From Eremomyces bilateralis CBS 781.70 (Eukaryota), in NCBI GenBank assembly GCA_010015585.1, contig ML975160.1: DNA of 64,000 nt, one strand, 5' to 3'. Shown in pieces: positions 61,413 through 64,000 of the stretch (positions within the stretch are counted from its first letter, which is position 1; every line of letters begins with the position of its first letter). The position numbers were made by a program, and so were the translations under genes. The notes beneath the pieces were generated by a model that saw only the letters and a list, made by a program, of their open reading frames with translations, was not told the DNA's origin and did not search any database.

Positions 61413-64000
61413 ATGGCTCATGATATGAAGTTTACTGACCGGGCTCAAAATGCCCTGGTTGATGCCCAAGACCTGGCGAAGGAATACGCCCACACACAAC
61501 TCCAGCCTCTTCATCTGGCCGTTTCACTCATCGGCACTCAGTCAGAGCCGACGCTGTTATGGCAGGTGGTGGAGAAAGCCAATGGAGATCCACAAGCCTT
61601 CGAGCGAGCACTAAAGAGAGCCCTTGTTCGGCAACCCTCTCAAGATCCCCCTCCAGACACCACGTCGATATCGCCTGGCTTTGCGAAAGTCCTGCGATCC
61701 GCCAATGACCTCTCGAGAACGCAAAAGGACAGCTTCGTCGCTGTCGACCATCTCATCCAGAGTATGGTGCAAGACGCCAGCATCCAGCGATGCCTTGCAG
61801 ATGCGAACGTGCCGAAAACCGGCCTCATCGACGCTGCTATTCAGCAAATCCGAGGCACGCGAAGGATTGACTCAAAGACTGCCGATGAGGCAGATTCTAG
61901 CGAGGGGGAAGAGAACCTGAAGAAGTTCACCATCGATATGACCCACTCGGCACGAGAAGGCAAGATTGATCCGGTCATCGGTCGAGAAGAGGAGATCAGG
62001 CGAGTCATCCGGATATTGTCACGAAGAACGAAGAACAATCCCGTCCTTATTGGTGAACCGGGCGTGGGAAAAACAACAGTCGTGGAAGGCCTGGCTCTCC
62101 GGATCGACAAGAAAGATGTTCCAGCAAACTTGGCGAACTGCAGACTGCTCTCATTGGACGTCGGTGCCTTGGTTGCTGGCAGCAAATACCGTGGAGAGTT
62201 CGAGGAGCGGATGAAGGGTGTTTTGAAGGAGATTGAAGAGTCAAAGGACGTCATTGTTCTCTTCGTGGACGAAATTCACCTCCTCATGGGTGCCGGTTCG
62301 AGCGGAGAGGGCGGCATGGACGCAGCCAACCTGCTCAAGCCCATGCTGGCTCGTGGTCAACTTCACTGCATCGGCGCCACTACCCTTGGCGAATATCGAA
62401 AATACATCGAAAAAGACGCGGCCTTCGAACGACGTTTCCAACAAGTTATGGTCAAAGAACCTACCATTCCCGAGACGGTCTCCATTCTGCGTGGGTTAAA
62501 AGAGAGGTATGAGAACCACCACGGTGTCACTATCCTGGATGGTGCCATTGTCTCAGCGGCTACATTAGCAGCTCGATACCTCACCCAACGACGACTCCCG
62601 GACTCTGCCGTGGATCTCATCGACGAGGCCGCTGCTGCTGTCAGAGTGACCCGCGAGTCGCAACCGGAAGCCATCGACAACCTCGAGCGCAAACTTCGGC
62701 AGTTGGAAATCGAGATCCACGCCCTAGGCCGCGAGAAGGATGAAGCGGCGAAAGCTCGTCTGGCTGATGCGAAACTTGAGGCCAAGAACGTGCTCGAAGA
62801 GCTCGAACCTCTTCGTGCCAAATACACGAAAGAAAAAGGGCGCGCGGATGAGATCCACCAAGCCAAGTTACGACTCGAAGAGCTGGAACGGAAGATGGAA
62901 CGAGCGGAGAACTTGCGCGACCTGGCTCAGGCTTCGGATTTGAAATACGGAGCCATCCCTGACCTCAAGGCCCGGATCGCAACGCTTGAGAATGAGAAGT
63001 TGAAAGCCGAGGCGGAGATGATGAGCCATCGTGGCACAGGAGGAGGGGAGCCACTCCTGGCCGATGCCGTTGGGCCGGAGCAGATCAACGAGATCGTCGC
63101 TCGCTGGACCGGCATCCCCGTCACCCGACTCAAGACGACGGAGAAGGAGAAGCTGCTCCACATGGAACAAGTTCTCGGCCGCATCGTTGTCGGCCAGCCC
63201 GAAGCCGTCAAATCAGTTTCGAACGCCATCCGACTGCAGCGATCCGGCCTCGCTAACCCGAACCAACCCCCCTCTTTCCTCTTCTGCGGCCCCTCCGGAA
63301 CCGGTAAGACGCTCCTCACCAAAGCTCTCGCCGAATTCCTCTTCGACGATCCCAAGTCCATGATCCGCTTCGACATGTCCGAGTACCAAGAACGGCACTC
63401 CCTGTCCCGCATGATCGGCGCGCCCCCTGGCTACGTCGGCCACGACGCCGGCGGCCAACTCACGGAAGCCCTCCGCCGCCGCCCCTTCTCCATCCTCCTC
63501 TTCGACGAGGTCGAGAAAGCCGCCAAGGAAGTCCTCACCGTCCTCCTCCAGCTCATGGACGACGGTCGCATCACCGACGGTCAAGGCCGCGTCGTCGACG
63601 CCAAGAACTGCATCGTCGTCATGACCTCCAACCTCGGCGCCGAGTTCCTCGCTCGCCCCAGCCGCCCTGACGGGAAAATCGACCCCACCACCAAAGAGCT
63701 CGTCATGGGCGCCCTGCGGAACTACTTCCTCCCGGAGTTTCTCAACCGCATCTCTAGCACCGTCATCTTCAACCGCCTCACGAAGCGCGAGATCCGCAAG
63801 ATCGTCGACGTCCGCCTCGTCGAAATCCAGAAGCGCCTCGCGGCGAATGGCCGCAACGTGCAGATCGACCTCAACACCGAGGTGCGCGACTACCTCGGGT
63901 CCGCGGGCTACTCACCCGCGTACGGCGCGCGGCCACTGGCGCGGCTGATCGAGAAGGAGATCCTGAACCGGCTTGCGGTGCTGATCCTGCGCGGAAGCAT
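61413..64000 (+). CDS. HSP104: Hsp104/ClpB disaggregase, 3' end beyond window
   Basis: MAHDMKFTDRA.., GKIDPVIGREEEIRRVIRILSRRTKNNPVLIGEPGVGKT, GSKYRGEFEER, second Walker A GPSGTGKT, GAPPGYVG, PEFLNRI, YGARPL. Open to position 64000, which probably explains its absence from the ORF track. Confidence 0.96.
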   Translation, partial: MAHDMKFTDRAQNALVDAQDLAKEYAHTQLQPLHLAVSLIGTQSEPTLLWQVVEKANGDPQAFERALKRALVRQPSQDPPPDTTSISPGFAKVLRSANDLSRTQKDSFVAVDHLIQSMVQDASIQRCLADANVPKTGLIDAAIQQIRGTRRIDSKTADEADSSEGEENLKKFTIDMTHSAREGKIDPVIGREEEIRRVIRILSRRTKNNPVLIGEPGVGKTTVVEGLALRIDKKDVPANLANCRLLSLDVGALVAGSKYRGEFEERMKGVLKEIEESKDVIVLFVDEIHLLMGAGSSGEGGMDAANLLKPMLARGQLHCIGATTLGEYRKYIEKDAAFERRFQQVMVKEPTIPETVSILRGLKERYENHHGVTILDGAIVSAATLAARYLTQRRLPDSAVDLIDEAAAAVRVTRESQPEAIDNLERKLRQLEIEIHALGREKDEAAKARLADAKLEAKNVLEELEPLRAKYTKEKGRADEIHQAKLRLEELERKMERAENLRDLAQASDLKYGAIPDLKARIATLENEKLKAEAEMMSHRGTGGGEPLLADAVGPEQINEIVARWTGIPVTRLKTTEKEKLLHMEQVLGRIVVGQPEAVKSVSNAIRLQRSGLANPNQPPSFLFCGPSGTGKTLLTKALAEFLFDDPKSMIRFDMSEYQERHSLSRMIGAPPGYVGHDAGGQLTEALRRRPFSILLFDEVEKAAKEVLTVLLQLMDDGRITDGQGRVVDAKNCIVVMTSNLGAEFLARPSRPDGKIDPTTKELVMGALRNYFLPEFLNRISSTVIFNRLTKREIRKIVDVRLVEIQKRLAANGRNVQIDLNTEVRDYLGSAGYSPAYGARPLARLIEKEILNRLAVLILRGS

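Noticed and set aside
3606..63584. Many long antisense or alternative-frame ORFs over real genes (e.g. 3606-4478, 32190-33137, 37142-37960, 62363-62866)
   Set aside because: Shadow ORFs produced by GC-rich codon usage; no independent motifs.

Overview
Eukaryotic DNA from a filamentous ascomycete (Pezizomycotina, probably a Dothideomycete; taxonomy is my inference). Introns are GT-AG with CTRAC/CTAAT-type branch points. Recognisable genes: Ctk2/cyclin-K-like cyclin, SulP/SLC26 transporter, Pat/YncA-type GNAT, PRS1, an ABM-domain protein, BST1, a HET-domain protein, DRS1, a DUF4045/gelsolin-like protein, a large GNAT-domain protein, YSH1, TAF4, LHS1, a small membrane protein, and HSP104 (runs off the right edge). 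Mobile or relic DNA: a degenerate Fot1/pogo end at the left edge, a pseudogene at about 7.5-8.3 kb, and a hAT element at 55.0-57.8 kb whose ORF is intact but appears to lack a catalytic Asp. Two leads stand out. (1) The apparent gene desert at 12.3-20 kb hides a minus-strand gene for a 56-aa C1/ZZ-like zinc-finger microprotein (14478-14648), too short for the ORF track. It has a TATA box, an 836-nt AUG-free leader, an overlapping uORF and a 3'-UTR intron. (2) The long YSH1 intron 2 splits the metal-binding HxHxDH motif. It contains a long-range stem enclosing a candidate stop-containing exon with UGUA motifs, suggesting autoregulation of the 3'-end endonuclease. All family assignments come from motif recognition by eye; no database searches were run.
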